From NCBI GenBank assembly GCA_964605525.1, contig CAZSCV010000002.1, forward strand, positions 69,888 to 133,887: DNA of 64,000 bases, written 5' to 3'. Shown here in pieces: positions 48,998 to 58,666 of this stretch. How positions within the stretch are numbered: position 1 is the stretch's first letter; every line of letters starts with the position of its first letter. Source of the DNA: an uncultured Bdellovibrionales bacterium (GTDB lineage: Bacteria; Patescibacteriota; Minisyncoccia; Moranbacterales; UBA9337). Both the position numbers and the translations under genes were made by a program. The notes beneath the pieces are model-generated. The model did no database searches. It saw only the letters and a program-made list of their open reading frames with translations, and was not told where the DNA came from.

Positions 48998-50767
48998 ATG
49001 AAAAAAAACAAAGCAACTATCTTAACTCTCGCGTTAATTTTATTTGTAGCAATATTTTTGCGGACATATCATTTCCATGATTGGCTTTACTTTAAAATGG
49101 ATCAAGCGCGTGATTCTCTGCTCATCAGCCAGGCTATTACTGAAGGAGCGGGAAGTCTTCCTCTTTTGGGACCACGCGCCGGGGCGACGGATGTAGGTGA
49201 GGGTTTTTTGCGCCTGGGACCAGCTTATTACTATTTTCAATATCTTTCCGGAAAAATCTTCCATTCCACAGATCCTGAAATTTTTGCCTATCCGGATTTA
49301 TTTTTTTCTATTGCGGCAATACTACTTATTTTTTTCTTTCTCCGTTTGTACTTTAATAATTTTATCTCTCTTTTGCTTGTCGCCTTGTATTCATTTTCTT
49401 TTATCATAATCCAATATTCGCGCTTTGCTTGGAATCCAAACTCTTTGCAATTTTTTGCTATTTTGACTTTTTTCGGACTTTTGAAATTTTTTCGCGAAAA
49501 AGATAAAAAAAGAAAGAAATGGTGGCTGGCACTTTGGGCAATCGGACTTTTTATCGGCTCCCAATTGCATTTTTTCGGCTTCTTTATGCTTCTTGGCGCA
49601 TCTGGATTATTTATATTATTCAAATTCCAGCCTTGGAAAAAAGAAAGTTTCGCGCAACTCGGAAAAAAAGAATTTATCCAAAAAATTTCTACTTATACTT
49701 TGATAATTTTGGCAGTATTTGCCGTTACATATTCCCCCGTGATTATCAGTGATATTAAAAGGGGAGGGGAAAATACTAGAAATTTTGTTTTGGCACTTTC
49801 TTCAAAACCGGCAAACAAGAAAAAAACTTTCGATGAAAAACTGCAGCGCGGATTTGATGAAAATATGAAAAATTATTGCTTAATTATAACCGCCGATTGT
49901 TATAACGGGAAATACAAGGATTGGGGAATGTCCATTAAGTTTACGATTTTTTTAATCGCATTTGGAATAGTTTTGACCATCTGGAGGATAGCAAAAACGT
50001 CAAATCAAGACCAAAAAGACTTTCTTATGCTTGTCCTGATCTGGCTGGGCGTGTTCTTTGTTTTGACTGTTCCGGTTTCATATCAAATCCGTCCCAGATT
50101 TTTCATACCCGTTTTCTTGATTCCGTATATCTTAATTGGGATATTTTTTCAACTGTTGCAAGAAAAGGCAAAAAAGGGCGGGATCTTGATTATCATCGGT
50201 GCTACGATCCTCCTTTTGAATGTGAATGCCGAGGGGACTCGCGCTTGGTTTGGCGAACAGTCAAAAGCGCAAAATAAAAATATATCGCCCGCAAGAACGC
50301 TTATTTTAAAAACAAAAGATGGAGTGACTCTTGGGCAATTGGAGCGCGCGGCGGATTATATTTATGAAAACAAGAAAAAAGGAGCAAATATTTATTATTA
50401 CATAAAACCGGAGCACATCGCCCCCTTTAAGTATCTTTTCCGCCAAAAAAACGATCCATCCTTTGTTTTTTTACCTTTAAAAATAAACACTGATCCAAAC
50501 GCCCAATATTTTGCCATCATCCCTTCAGATGCAGAAAGCCAGAGCTATATTGAAGGTAAATTCAATAGTGAAATAAAAATATTTTCAGAGAAGCAATTTG
50601 GTCAGTTGAAGGTTATTGAAATTGATGTTCTTAATCGATCAATCTCTCAAGATTTCAGGTTTAATCAGGAAAGCGGATTATCGGACAGAATTTTTTGGTC
50701 GGATATTTTTGGCAAGAAAATAAATCGGGATATATTGCAAGAAGAGGGGATTAATTCAATCGAATAG
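48998..50767 (+). CDS. polytopic membrane protein, family B paralog 2
   Basis: YHFHDWLYFKMDQARDSLLISQAITEG...LPLLGPRAGATDVGEGFLRLGPAYYY. Confidence 0.5.
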   Translation: MKKNKATILTLALILFVAIFLRTYHFHDWLYFKMDQARDSLLISQAITEGAGSLPLLGPRAGATDVGEGFLRLGPAYYYFQYLSGKIFHSTDPEIFAYPDLFFSIAAILLIFFFLRLYFNNFISLLLVALYSFSFIIIQYSRFAWNPNSLQFFAILTFFGLLKFFREKDKKRKKWWLALWAIGLFIGSQLHFFGFFMLLGASGLFILFKFQPWKKESFAQLGKKEFIQKISTYTLIILAVFAVTYSPVIISDIKRGGENTRNFVLALSSKPANKKKTFDEKLQRGFDENMKNYCLIITADCYNGKYKDWGMSIKFTIFLIAFGIVLTIWRIAKTSNQDQKDFLMLVLIWLGVFFVLTVPVSYQIRPRFFIPVFLIPYILIGIFFQLLQEKAKKGGILIIIGATILLLNVNAEGTRAWFGEQSKAQNKNISPARTLILKTKDGVTLGQLERAADYIYENKKKGANIYYYIKPEHIAPFKYLFRQKNDPSFVFLPLKINTDPNAQYFAIIPSDAESQSYIEGKFNSEIKIFSEKQFGQLKVIEIDVLNRSISQDFRFNQESGLSDRIFWSDIFGKKINRDILQEEGINSIE

Positions 50768-50772
50768 AAAAT

Positions 50773-52479
50773 ATGCTTAATTTAAAAAACGGAATAAATT
50801 GGAAGATTGCGTTGTTCTGGGCGGTAATATTACTGGCGATTTTTTTGCGCGTTTACAATTTTAACGATTGGCTTTTGGCAAAAGGCGACCAAGTGCGCGA
50901 CGGGATAAAAATTTCACGGGCTTTTGAGGGAGGTGTGGGAGATTTGCCACTTTTGGGACCGCGCGCCGGAGGAACAAAACTGCATCTGGGACCGGCTTAT
51001 TACTATCTTCTTTATGGCTCTAGTATTATTTCCGGTAATGTTTCATTGCCGACTACGGCATATCCGAATTTAATTTTCTCGCTCCTTTCAATTTGGATTT
51101 TTTATTTTTTCTCCAAAGAATATTTCAATAAAGACCAGGCGATGGTTTTAACAGGAATATTCTCCCTTTCATATCTTGCCATTGAACATGCCAGATTTCC
51201 CTGGAATCCGAATTCAACAATCTTTTTTTCACTGCTTTTTGCTTTTGCTCTGCTGAAAGTATTCAAATCCGGAAAAGAAAAAAATATTTGGTGGGCGGCG
51301 CTGGCCGGTTTTGCTTATGCTATTGGATCACAGTTGCATTTCACTTTTTTTGTGGCTTTTCCGATAATCACCGTCATCTTTCTGACCTTTAACTACAAAA
51401 GAATTTCTCGTTCCATATCCTGGAAACAAGCCGGATTGTTTTTTTTGGTTATAATATTTTTTTATATCCCGGTAATCGTGAGTGATGTTTTAAATAATGG
51501 AGAAAATCTTCGATTGTTTTTTTCTTCAATCAGTTCGAAGTCATCAGATCATTCATTTTTCAAGAATTTGCAAAAAGATTTTTATTATTTCGGGAAATAT
51601 ATCTTCAGAATAATAACCGGATATTTCGGGCCAAATAAAGTGCTTCATTATGCGGGAAGTTTTCTGGCAGTATTGGGATTGGGAGTCTTGGTCGCATTGC
51701 TAAAAAAAGAATCGGATGAAAATAAAATGAGCTTTCTTCTGCTTAACTTGATCTTATTTTTCACTTTTTTCCTTGTGTATATTCCGCTGGCATATTCAAT
51801 CGACAAACCTCGCTTTTATCTGCCAATTTTCTTTGTTCCTATTGTTTTTCTGGGCTTGATTGCCGGAATAATTGTTAAAAAAACACGAGGCAATATTATT
51901 GCAAAAATCTCTCTTTTACTTTTGGCAGTTGCCCTTATTTCCAGTAATATTTTTTTTGTGTCCGCTTGGTTTAGCGAGCTTGGAAAATCAACGCGCAAAA
52001 GCGTTAATCCGAAAGATACCCTCATCCTGAAAACAAAAAAAGACAGCGCTTGGATACTCTGGGAGCAACTTACGTCTTCTGCGAATAAAATAAAAAGAGA
52101 TTGCCCGCAAAAAAATATCTATCTCTCTTTTTCCAAAAAAGTTGCCGAATTTGAAGATACTCTTGATTATGCGCTTACTTATAATGATAAGAATTTGAAA
52201 TTACACTTATTTAAGCTTGGTAGCAACGCTCCTTTTGATTCCAGTGCTTGTTATTATTATATTTTTCGAAACGGGGATGAGGCACCGAAAGATTTGAATG
52301 CGTATTTTAATCAAAAAGAAGACTTTTCTATGGGAAGTTTGGGGATATTAAAAATTGAAATAAAAAATACAACCGTTAAAGATGACTTGTCGGAGAAATC
52401 AGGAAGCACTGCGGCATCTGAAATAGAAGATATTGCCGGTCAAAATGAATATTGGAAAGATGTTTTCCGTAAAAAGTAA
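50773..52479 (+). CDS. polytopic membrane protein, family B paralog 3
   Basis: YNFNDWLLAKGDQVRDGIKISRAFEGG...LPLLGPRAGGTKLHLGPAYYY. Confidence 0.5.
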   Translation: MLNLKNGINWKIALFWAVILLAIFLRVYNFNDWLLAKGDQVRDGIKISRAFEGGVGDLPLLGPRAGGTKLHLGPAYYYLLYGSSIISGNVSLPTTAYPNLIFSLLSIWIFYFFSKEYFNKDQAMVLTGIFSLSYLAIEHARFPWNPNSTIFFSLLFAFALLKVFKSGKEKNIWWAALAGFAYAIGSQLHFTFFVAFPIITVIFLTFNYKRISRSISWKQAGLFFLVIIFFYIPVIVSDVLNNGENLRLFFSSISSKSSDHSFFKNLQKDFYYFGKYIFRIITGYFGPNKVLHYAGSFLAVLGLGVLVALLKKESDENKMSFLLLNLILFFTFFLVYIPLAYSIDKPRFYLPIFFVPIVFLGLIAGIIVKKTRGNIIAKISLLLLAVALISSNIFFVSAWFSELGKSTRKSVNPKDTLILKTKKDSAWILWEQLTSSANKIKRDCPQKNIYLSFSKKVAEFEDTLDYALTYNDKNLKLHLFKLGSNAPFDSSACYYYIFRNGDEAPKDLNAYFNQKEDFSMGSLGILKIEIKNTTVKDDLSEKSGSTAASEIEDIAGQNEYWKDVFRKK

Positions 52480-52484
52480 TCCGT

Positions 52485-53966
52485 TTATTTTTTTCCAGCA
52501 AGCATTTTTCCAAAGAAGACAAGGTCTTCTTTTTTTATTTCCCCAATAAAATATAAAATTCCGGCGTAAATAGCAAATAAAATCACCGACCACACAATAA
52601 AAATATATTGCCCTTGGGAGAAAAATCCGGCAATAAAATACATAATGATTCCTGCTGAAATTATTTTTAAGTAATTCTTCATTTTCAAAGTAATCCCGAA
52701 ATCGCGATGAATAAAGTAGAGCGCGATTAGCATGACAATAAATGAACTGACGGATGTCGCAATCGCACTTCCAATCAGAGCATATTTTTTTATGAGAATA
52801 TAATTAAGAATGGTGTTGACAATCAATCCAAAAATGGAAATAAACATTGGTTGCTTTGTTTTCCCGGCTCCATTACTCACAAAACTCATCACATAAAATA
52901 TCGTCAGAAATCCCACTCCGACAGCAAGAATTGCCATTGGGACGCTAGCCTCGATATATTGCGAACTGTAAAATATCTTGATTATCGGGCGGGCAAAAAC
53001 TGACATCAAAACCACGCTTGGAACTAAAAGTATTGTCATAATTCGGAGTGATTGGCTGATTATTTTATTGGTTTCACTGTGATTATTTTGCGCGGTGGAA
53101 TTGGAAATTTTCGGAAGGAGGATTATTGTAAGAGCGTAAAAAATATAGTAGGGGATACGTCCAACCGTAAGGGCGGCATTATATATTCCAGTTTGGTAGT
53201 CGCTATGTAAAATTCCTTTAACAAGATAGAGATCGATACTGATAAGAAGCTCGTATGCCAGAAAAAATAGGATTATTTGCCAAGCGTAATTTGTGAGTTT
53301 TTGCCATGGAAATGAAGCGGTTTCAAGTTTTTGAGCGGTAATTTGAGCGCGAATTTTTTTTGTAACGCTGAATTTGTCGATCAGCCACGCAATCAAGAAA
53401 ACTGATGCCGGAGCAACAATATATCCAATAATTGATCCTTTGAGATGGAAAAAATATGCCAGCGAAACGATAGCGATAACTTTTACTGCAGAACGGGAAA
53501 CTTTGAGAATCGACTGTAAATTGAAAAGATGCAGTCCTGTGTAATATGAAAAATAAAAAGAAGCCGCCGCAAATGCCGGAATAATCAAGGTTGAGATGCG
53601 GAAGAGGTGAGTAAGCGTTGGATCACCCAATATTCTCGCAATTAATGGCGAAAGGAGGTAAAACAGCAAGGTTATGCTTCCAATGACAATGCTTTGCAAA
53701 AAAATTGCCCGCCGTTTGATTGCCAAAACCATTGCCGGATTGGAGTCAAAGATTTCGCTGATATATTTTGCCATCGCGGTAGGAATTCCGTTTCCAATCA
53801 AGATAATTACCATTGTGGTAAGCGTAATGACCAATCCGTAGCGTCCGTAATCCGCCGGACCCAATATCCTCCCGACAACACTATGGATAATATAGCCGGA
53901 TAGATTGAAAATGATTTCTGAAATTACAACCCAAAGTGCTGATTTTGCAATATGTTGTTTTGACAT
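52485..53966 (-). CDS. Wzx-like oligosaccharide flippase (polysaccharide biosynthesis protein, MOP superfamily)
   Basis: 14-TM architecture with N-terminal ALWVVISEIIFNLSGYIIHSVVGRILGPADYGRYGLVITL typical of Wzx/PST proteins. Confidence 0.65.
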   Translation of the reverse strand: MSKQHIAKSALWVVISEIIFNLSGYIIHSVVGRILGPADYGRYGLVITLTTMVIILIGNGIPTAMAKYISEIFDSNPAMVLAIKRRAIFLQSIVIGSITLLFYLLSPLIARILGDPTLTHLFRISTLIIPAFAAASFYFSYYTGLHLFNLQSILKVSRSAVKVIAIVSLAYFFHLKGSIIGYIVAPASVFLIAWLIDKFSVTKKIRAQITAQKLETASFPWQKLTNYAWQIILFFLAYELLISIDLYLVKGILHSDYQTGIYNAALTVGRIPYYIFYALTIILLPKISNSTAQNNHSETNKIISQSLRIMTILLVPSVVLMSVFARPIIKIFYSSQYIEASVPMAILAVGVGFLTIFYVMSFVSNGAGKTKQPMFISIFGLIVNTILNYILIKKYALIGSAIATSVSSFIVMLIALYFIHRDFGITLKMKNYLKIISAGIIMYFIAGFFSQGQYIFIVWSVILFAIYAGILYFIGEIKKEDLVFFGKMLAGKK

Positions 53967-54052
53967 TTTTTTAATATTATTTTAATATGAAATACTGTGG
54001 TTATTTAAATTAGCAGTTCTTTTTATCAAAATCATTAGGAGGGGGAGGAGAG

Positions 54053-54346
54053 ATGATAGAAGTGTTGGGAATAGAGGGTGTAGAGATGTTATTATTGTTG
54101 ATGTCCTTGTTGATAGTTTGCTTTTTTATGGAGAGAATTCTGCAACAGATGTTTTTTCCAATGATTGCCCTTTCCAGTATTCCGCTTGTCTGCGACACTA
54201 TCATCCCGGTGTATTGTTTCCTTGATAAGTTCAATGGACTTAATAAGGAAATGGCAACGATGTTAGGATGGGCGATTGCGTTCGTGGCAATATTTTGGAT
54301 TTCTCTTTTAATGTCGTTTCTGGTTTTTAAAAGAAATATCCAATAG
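54053..54346 (+). CDS. small hypothetical membrane protein
   Basis: Strong RBS GGAGGGGGAGGAGAG; three hydrophobic helices. Confidence 0.4.
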   Translation: MIEVLGIEGVEMLLLLMSLLIVCFFMERILQQMFFPMIALSSIPLVCDTIIPVYCFLDKFNGLNKEMATMLGWAIAFVAIFWISLLMSFLVFKRNIQ

Positions 54347-54367
54347 AGAACAATCCTTAATCGACAG

Positions 54368-54408
54368 CAGACCGTTTCCTTGTAATTCAGGGAACGGTCT
54401 GTTTTTTT
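54368..54408. terminator. bidirectional rho-independent terminator (CAGACCGTT...AACGGTCTG + T7)
   Basis: 9-bp stem with A/T runs on both sides, between convergent genes. Confidence 0.7.
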
Positions 54409-55039
54409 ATTTCTCCATTTTTATTATATCTTTAATTTCTTCAAAAATCACATTCTGATCCCTGTTTCCGTCAATTGTTTTTAGATCCCAAATTTTTACC
54501 GCCGCGTCATACAAAGATCTTTTTTCTTTGAGATATTCCACTCCTTGGTCAGGCTTGCGCTGGCGATTCATGATAATCTTTGGATCAACTGCAAGATAAA
54601 TCCCAAGAAATGGCTGCTCGATTTTATAATTTTTCAAATTTTCTGCATCGAAATTTTTCAAAAGATATTGGATGTTAATCGCACTATCATAAAAAAACCG
54701 GTCGCTGAGAATATAATTAAAATCTCGGCTTTCCAATTCGCGCTTTAATTTTTCAAATCTTAATTGATCGATTTTTAGCGCCAACTTGCGAAGCTGGATT
54801 TGTATTAGATTGGCTTTCGTGACACTTTTTTTCATATTCGGTTGAATTTGGCACAAGCCTTTGATTTTGCAAATCAAGCAATATTTTTTCTTTAATTCCG
54901 CCAATTTGGTGGCGATGCCGAATTCGATGGCATGGAAATAAAAAACCCGCTTGCCTTGCGACTGGAGATAAGTTTTGAGCATTTGGATCTGGGTGGATTT
55001 GCCCGACCCGTCCAACCCAGAAATGGTGATTATTTTCAT
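54407..55039 (-). CDS. thymidylate kinase-like P-loop nucleotide kinase
   Basis: ISGLDGSGKSTQ P-loop, DRFFYDS (DRY-like) and YLAVDPKIIMNRQ lid-like motif; unusual insertion in the middle. Confidence 0.45.
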   Translation of the reverse strand: MKIITISGLDGSGKSTQIQMLKTYLQSQGKRVFYFHAIEFGIATKLAELKKKYCLICKIKGLCQIQPNMKKSVTKANLIQIQLRKLALKIDQLRFEKLKRELESRDFNYILSDRFFYDSAINIQYLLKNFDAENLKNYKIEQPFLGIYLAVDPKIIMNRQRKPDQGVEYLKEKRSLYDAAVKIWDLKTIDGNRDQNVIFEEIKDIIKMEK

Positions 55040-55148
55040 ATTTTAGTAAATTTATGGTAAAATGTATTCATAAGGCAGTATGATTACATCAAAATCATAC
55101 CACAAACCTTAATTTGAGCCAAATTATAGGCAGGTACGGATAAAACTA

Positions 55149-55347
55149 GTTCGGGGAAATCGCTCGCTCGGACTAAGGTCCTCGCTCGCTCTGATTTCCC
55201 CGAACGGGCGCGGCTTACAGCCTCGTTCTCCGATGCCGCTCGCAGTCCTGCGGCCTTGCTCTGCGACATCTCCGAACTCGGCTTATGCGAAATGCCTGTC
55301 GAAAAATTTCATTTTTCTCCAGACACATCGCATAAGCCGCGCCCGTT
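55149..55347. mobile_element. GC-rich (about 60%) 199-bp hairpin element, copy 1 (MITE/IS200-605-like non-autonomous element or structured RNA)
   Basis: Identical to copy 2. Nested inverted repeats GTTCGGGGAAATC/GATTTCCCCGAAC, GGGCGCGGCTTA/TAAGCCGCGCCC and CGGCTTATGCGAT/ATCGCATAAGCCG. Confidence 0.7.
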
Positions 55348-55424
55348 ATCGGAAATGAATTCATTTTTGTCCCTTTAAAATATAATAAAAAATTAGAATT
55401 GGGCTAATATACGGAGGGAGGATT

Positions 55425-55538
55425 ATGAAAAAGAAGGAAGAAGAATTTCCAGGTGTTAATTTCATGAATCGTTTTTGGGTGGCAATACTTGTCATATGTA
55501 TAATGTACATTATATTTTTCGTTGAATTTCCAAAGTAA
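55425..55538 (+). CDS. possible 37-aa membrane peptide
   Basis: Strong RBS GGAGGGAGG 6 nt upstream; MKKKEEEFPGVNFMNRFWVAILVICIMYIIFFVEFPK. Speculative. Confidence 0.25.
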   Translation: MKKKEEEFPGVNFMNRFWVAILVICIMYIIFFVEFPK

Positions 55539-55900
55539 CACCCTCACTATTCTAAGGCGGAAACATCTGCCGTGATAAAGCGTGAACGAACAGCCCACGT
55601 TCACGCCCAATTCTAATTTTTTATAACCAAAAGGAAGGACAAAAATAAATTTACATCCGACAACAAAGAATATCTGGTTCAAAAAATTTGCCGCAGTTAA
55701 AACTAAAAGGAGGGCAAATTTTTCTCTCCCAAATCCCGCACTTTTCCGTTTTGCTGCAATTTAGAGTATAATTAAACTAATAAAGAAGTAAGGATATTAA
55801 AGTTTTGTGCCTATAAACCAAAGTGCAGGACTTCAGATATTCTTAAACGTTGGACGAAATTATAAATTGACCCTTTATTTGGTATTGTAATACGGATCGC

Positions 55901-56392
55901 ATGAATACATTTTTTTATCTACTATTGATATACATCATCTTTTGTAAAGTTTGGCCATATTTTTTTTATCCAAATTATTTGAAGAAATCAAAAATTGAAA
56001 ACTATCCTGAATTAAAAGAATTATCTTCAAAACTAACAGGAAATAGTAAGCTTCAAACTGTTGAAAATGTGTATGAATATATGCGACAAACTTATTCCGG
56101 CAATGACGACGTTTTGAAGATAGAAAATTTATTGAGCGTTTTCAATTTTGGTGATTTCTCAACTAAGGGCATCTTGGATAAAAAAATATTTCTATGGTGT
56201 CATGGACAAAATCGATTACTCAAGTCTGTTCTGATTAATACTGGTTTGTTTAAAGATGATGATATAACTATTCAAAAAAGATTATTTACATCGTTTTTTA
56301 TTCATCAATGGTTGGTGATAAATATTGACGATAAAAAAATAAAGGTAGATCCATATTACAATATTTTTAATAAGGAACTGGTCAATTTATAA
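55901..56392 (+). CDS. hypothetical N-terminally anchored protein
   Basis: ORF following an F-type repeat/promoter-like region; no family recognised. Confidence 0.4.
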   Translation: MNTFFYLLLIYIIFCKVWPYFFYPNYLKKSKIENYPELKELSSKLTGNSKLQTVENVYEYMRQTYSGNDDVLKIENLLSVFNFGDFSTKGILDKKIFLWCHGQNRLLKSVLINTGLFKDDDITIQKRLFTSFFIHQWLVINIDDKKIKVDPYYNIFNKELVNL

Positions 56393-56515
56393 CATCGTCC
56401 AACACCAAATATCTGGTTCCAAAATTTTTCACTTTATAATATAATAAGGTAAGAAAAATTTTCTCTCCCAAATTTGCTTTCGTTACACTCCAGCAAACTT
56501 CAGATATTTGGATAC
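56392..56515. repeat. F repeat (about 125 bp; ...ACACCAAATATCTGGTTCC...CTTCAGATATTTGGATACGTT), occupied target-site copy
   Basis: Near-identical to 58048-58178. Partial relatives at about 55640-55700, 55800-55860, 56725-56780, 59030-59075 and 59690-59710. Confidence 0.7.
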
Positions 56516-56714
56516 GTTCGGGGAAATCGCTCGCTCGGACTAAGGTCCTCGCTCGCTCTGATTTCCCCGAACGGGCGCGGCTTACAGCCTCGTTCTCCGA
56601 TGCCGCTCGCAGTCCTGCGGCCTTGCTCTGCGACATCTCCGAACTCGGCTTATGCGAAATGCCTGTCGAAAAATTTCATTTTTCTCCAGACACATCGCAT
56701 AAGCCGCGCCCGTT
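56516..56714. mobile_element. GC-rich 199-bp hairpin element, copy 2, inserted after GATACGTT of an F repeat
   Basis: Same sequence as copy 1. Flanks are gatacgtt|...|agacgaaatg, while the unoccupied homologous site at 58170-58188 reads gatacgtt|agctgaaata. Confidence 0.75.
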
Positions 56715-56898
56715 AGACGAAATGCCATGAAGAAATTAAGGGATGGCACATCGTCCAACACTGTATATCTGGTTTCGCAAAAGAGAAAATCTGCATAATT
56801 CTTTTCTTTTAAAATCAGCTTTTTTGTATTTTTTTGCCAAAAGAAAACCCCAGGGAAGTGTTATCCTGGGGTTCGCGTGTGTGGCAACGATTTGCCCT

Positions 56899-57201
56899 TT
56901 ACTTCTGCGGTGACGGCTCTATTTCACGCATTGTCCATTCATCGTCGTAGCGTATGGTGTGTTTTTTTCCGATTTCAAACACCATTCCCAGGATTATTCC
57001 CCGGAAGGTTACGACTCGGCCGTCCTTGAAAGTTACGACCGTCATGTTTGGCGCTCCGAGAATGGATTCCCTGGGGATGATCTGAACATTGGAAATAACC
57101 CCTGAGACTTCATGGAGATTTGCCGCCTCCACGACAACCACACTTGCTGTTGCAATGATGAGGGTCAGCACGAGAGTTAAAAGAACGATAAGCTTTTTCA
57201 T
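56899..57201 (-). CDS. small secreted hypothetical protein (signal peptide), about 47% GC
   Basis: MKKLIVLLTLVLTLIIATASVVVVEA signal peptide; RBS GGAGAAATG context. Confidence 0.45.
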   Translation of the reverse strand: MKKLIVLLTLVLTLIIATASVVVVEAANLHEVSGVISNVQIIPRESILGAPNMTVVTFKDGRVVTFRGIILGMVFEIGKKHTIRYDDEWTMREIEPSPQK

Positions 57202-57426
57202 GTCATTTCTCCTTTTCCGTTGATGTTGGTGAACTTCTGTATGACTCTATATGCTAGCACAAGATGATGGTCTTGTCAACTCCAATTTGGCAAAAAAATA
57301 CAAAAAAGTTTTAAAATAAGGTAAATTATACAGATTTTCTCTTTTGCTTCACCCAAATTTTTGCTTCTTTTATCTATTTGGAATAATATTAAGGAAGCGA
57401 GGCAAAAACTTCAGATACACAGATAC

Positions 57427-57603
57427 GTTCGGGGAAATCGCTCGCTCTGATTTCCCCGAACGGGCGCGGCTTACAGCCTCGTTCTCCGATGCCGCTCGCA
57501 GTCCTGCGGCCTTGCTCTGCGACATCTCCGAACTCGGCTTATGCGAAATGCCTGTCGAAAAATTTCATTTTTCTCCAGACACATCGCATAAGCCGCGCCC
57601 GTT
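57427..57603. mobile_element. GC-rich hairpin element, copy 3 (177 bp; lacks 22 bp of the first hairpin loop)
   Basis: Identical to copies 1 and 2 except for deletion of CGGACTAAGGTCCTCGCTCGCT. Inserted after CTTCAGATACACAGATACGTT. Confidence 0.7.
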
Positions 57604-57700
57604 GTACGAAATAGCCAGAAATTTCTTTTTATTTTTTAGATCTTTTGGCAAATAATTTTATAAATCATTAATTAATTAATTAATTAATTTAAATAATAAT

Positions 57701-58003
57701 ATGTTTGGAGAGCCAAAATTTGAAATGAAACAACCGAATGAATTTAGGGATTTGGTTGAGGACTTAGTTAAAAATAGCGAAACTCTAAAAGACAGGGTTA
57801 TCTCAATCGGTGGAATTGAAGAAAAAATAAATATTCTTGATGCGATTGAGGGCAAGGGATTGACTGATTATGCAGATGGCGCAGACGACAAAACATTAGA
57901 TGCTATTCATTGTCTTATGGCTATATATGACGAGCTAAAGAAAGATGAGCCGGATGATGATTTTATTGAAGAAACAGTCGAACGTTTAAAAGAATATTTA
58001 TAA
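57701..58003 (+). CDS. hypothetical acidic 100-aa protein
   Basis: ORF preceded by a (TTAA)6 tract at 57670-57695; no family recognised. Confidence 0.4.
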   Translation: MFGEPKFEMKQPNEFRDLVEDLVKNSETLKDRVISIGGIEEKINILDAIEGKGLTDYADGADDKTLDAIHCLMAIYDELKKDEPDDDFIEETVERLKEYL

Positions 58004-58047
58004 AATTATTTGCCAAAATATTAATAAGGAGGAAAAAATTTCTAGCT

Positions 58048-58178
58048 ACATCGCACAACACCAAATATCTGGTTCCAAAATTTTTCACTTTATAATAAAA
58101 TAAGGAAAGAAAAATTTCCTCTCCCAAATTTGCTTTCGTTACACTCCAGCAAACTTCAGATATTTGGATACGTTAGCT
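58048..58178. repeat. F repeat, unoccupied copy (target site GATACGTT|AGCTGAAAT intact)
   Basis: About 95% identical to 56392-56515 over about 125 bp, but no GC-rich element follows. Confidence 0.7.
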
Positions 58179-58348
58179 GAAATATTTTTTCATCTTTGGT
58201 GGTAATTTGTGGATTTGTGATTTAAACAAGGATAGAAAATTTGATTTTTAATTTATTTACAGAGGGGAATAAGAATGTCCCTTAATAGTTCAAAAATAAA
58301 AAACGCCCGTGGTGCTCATTGAGTCCACTGACGGCGAGATTTTCCAAA

Positions 58349-58666
58349 TTAATATCTTGGAGAAAGAGGTGATGGTTCGGGATCAAGCTGGCAACATGAA
58401 CGGTCAATCCGACCAGTTTTGCCACCATAGTATATTTCAGTACACGCTTGAATCTTATCATCTTTGGGGGATTTTATTGTGACTTTTCTGACCAATCTCC
58501 TCCCGTTTCCTTGCCATGCTCCAAATGTTGTTTGCGGAGCTCCGTGGGTCGTAAACTCCCTCATTTCCAGCATTTCAATATTATTTCCAGCACCACTGCT
58601 AATAGGCACGGAAATGATGAGGAATAAAAAAATAATAGAAAGAACTTTTGGTGTTTGCATAGTCAT
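58349..58666 (-). CDS. small secreted hypothetical protein
   Basis: Start taken at internal Met (MTMQTPKVLSIIFLFLIISVPISSGAG signal peptide). Confidence 0.35.
   Translation of the reverse strand: MTMQTPKVLSIIFLFLIISVPISSGAGNNIEMLEMREFTTHGAPQTTFGAWQGNGRRLVRKVTIKSPKDDKIQACTEIYYGGKTGRIDRSCCQLDPEPSPLSPRY

Noticed and set aside
44503-49623. Antisense ORFs inside family B membrane-protein genes (44503..44982, 49040..49264, 49288..49623 and others)
   Set aside because: They are antisense or overlapping reading frames within long hydrophobic-protein genes and have no independent signals.
55084-57655. ORFs 55084..55269(-), 56382..56636(-), 56474..56716(+), 57344..57655(+)
   Set aside because: All lie within or across copies of the GC-rich 199-bp hairpin element. 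Their peptides (SQSKAAGLRAASENEAVSRARSGKSERARTLV...) are the same repeat read in different frames. These are composition artifacts, not genes.
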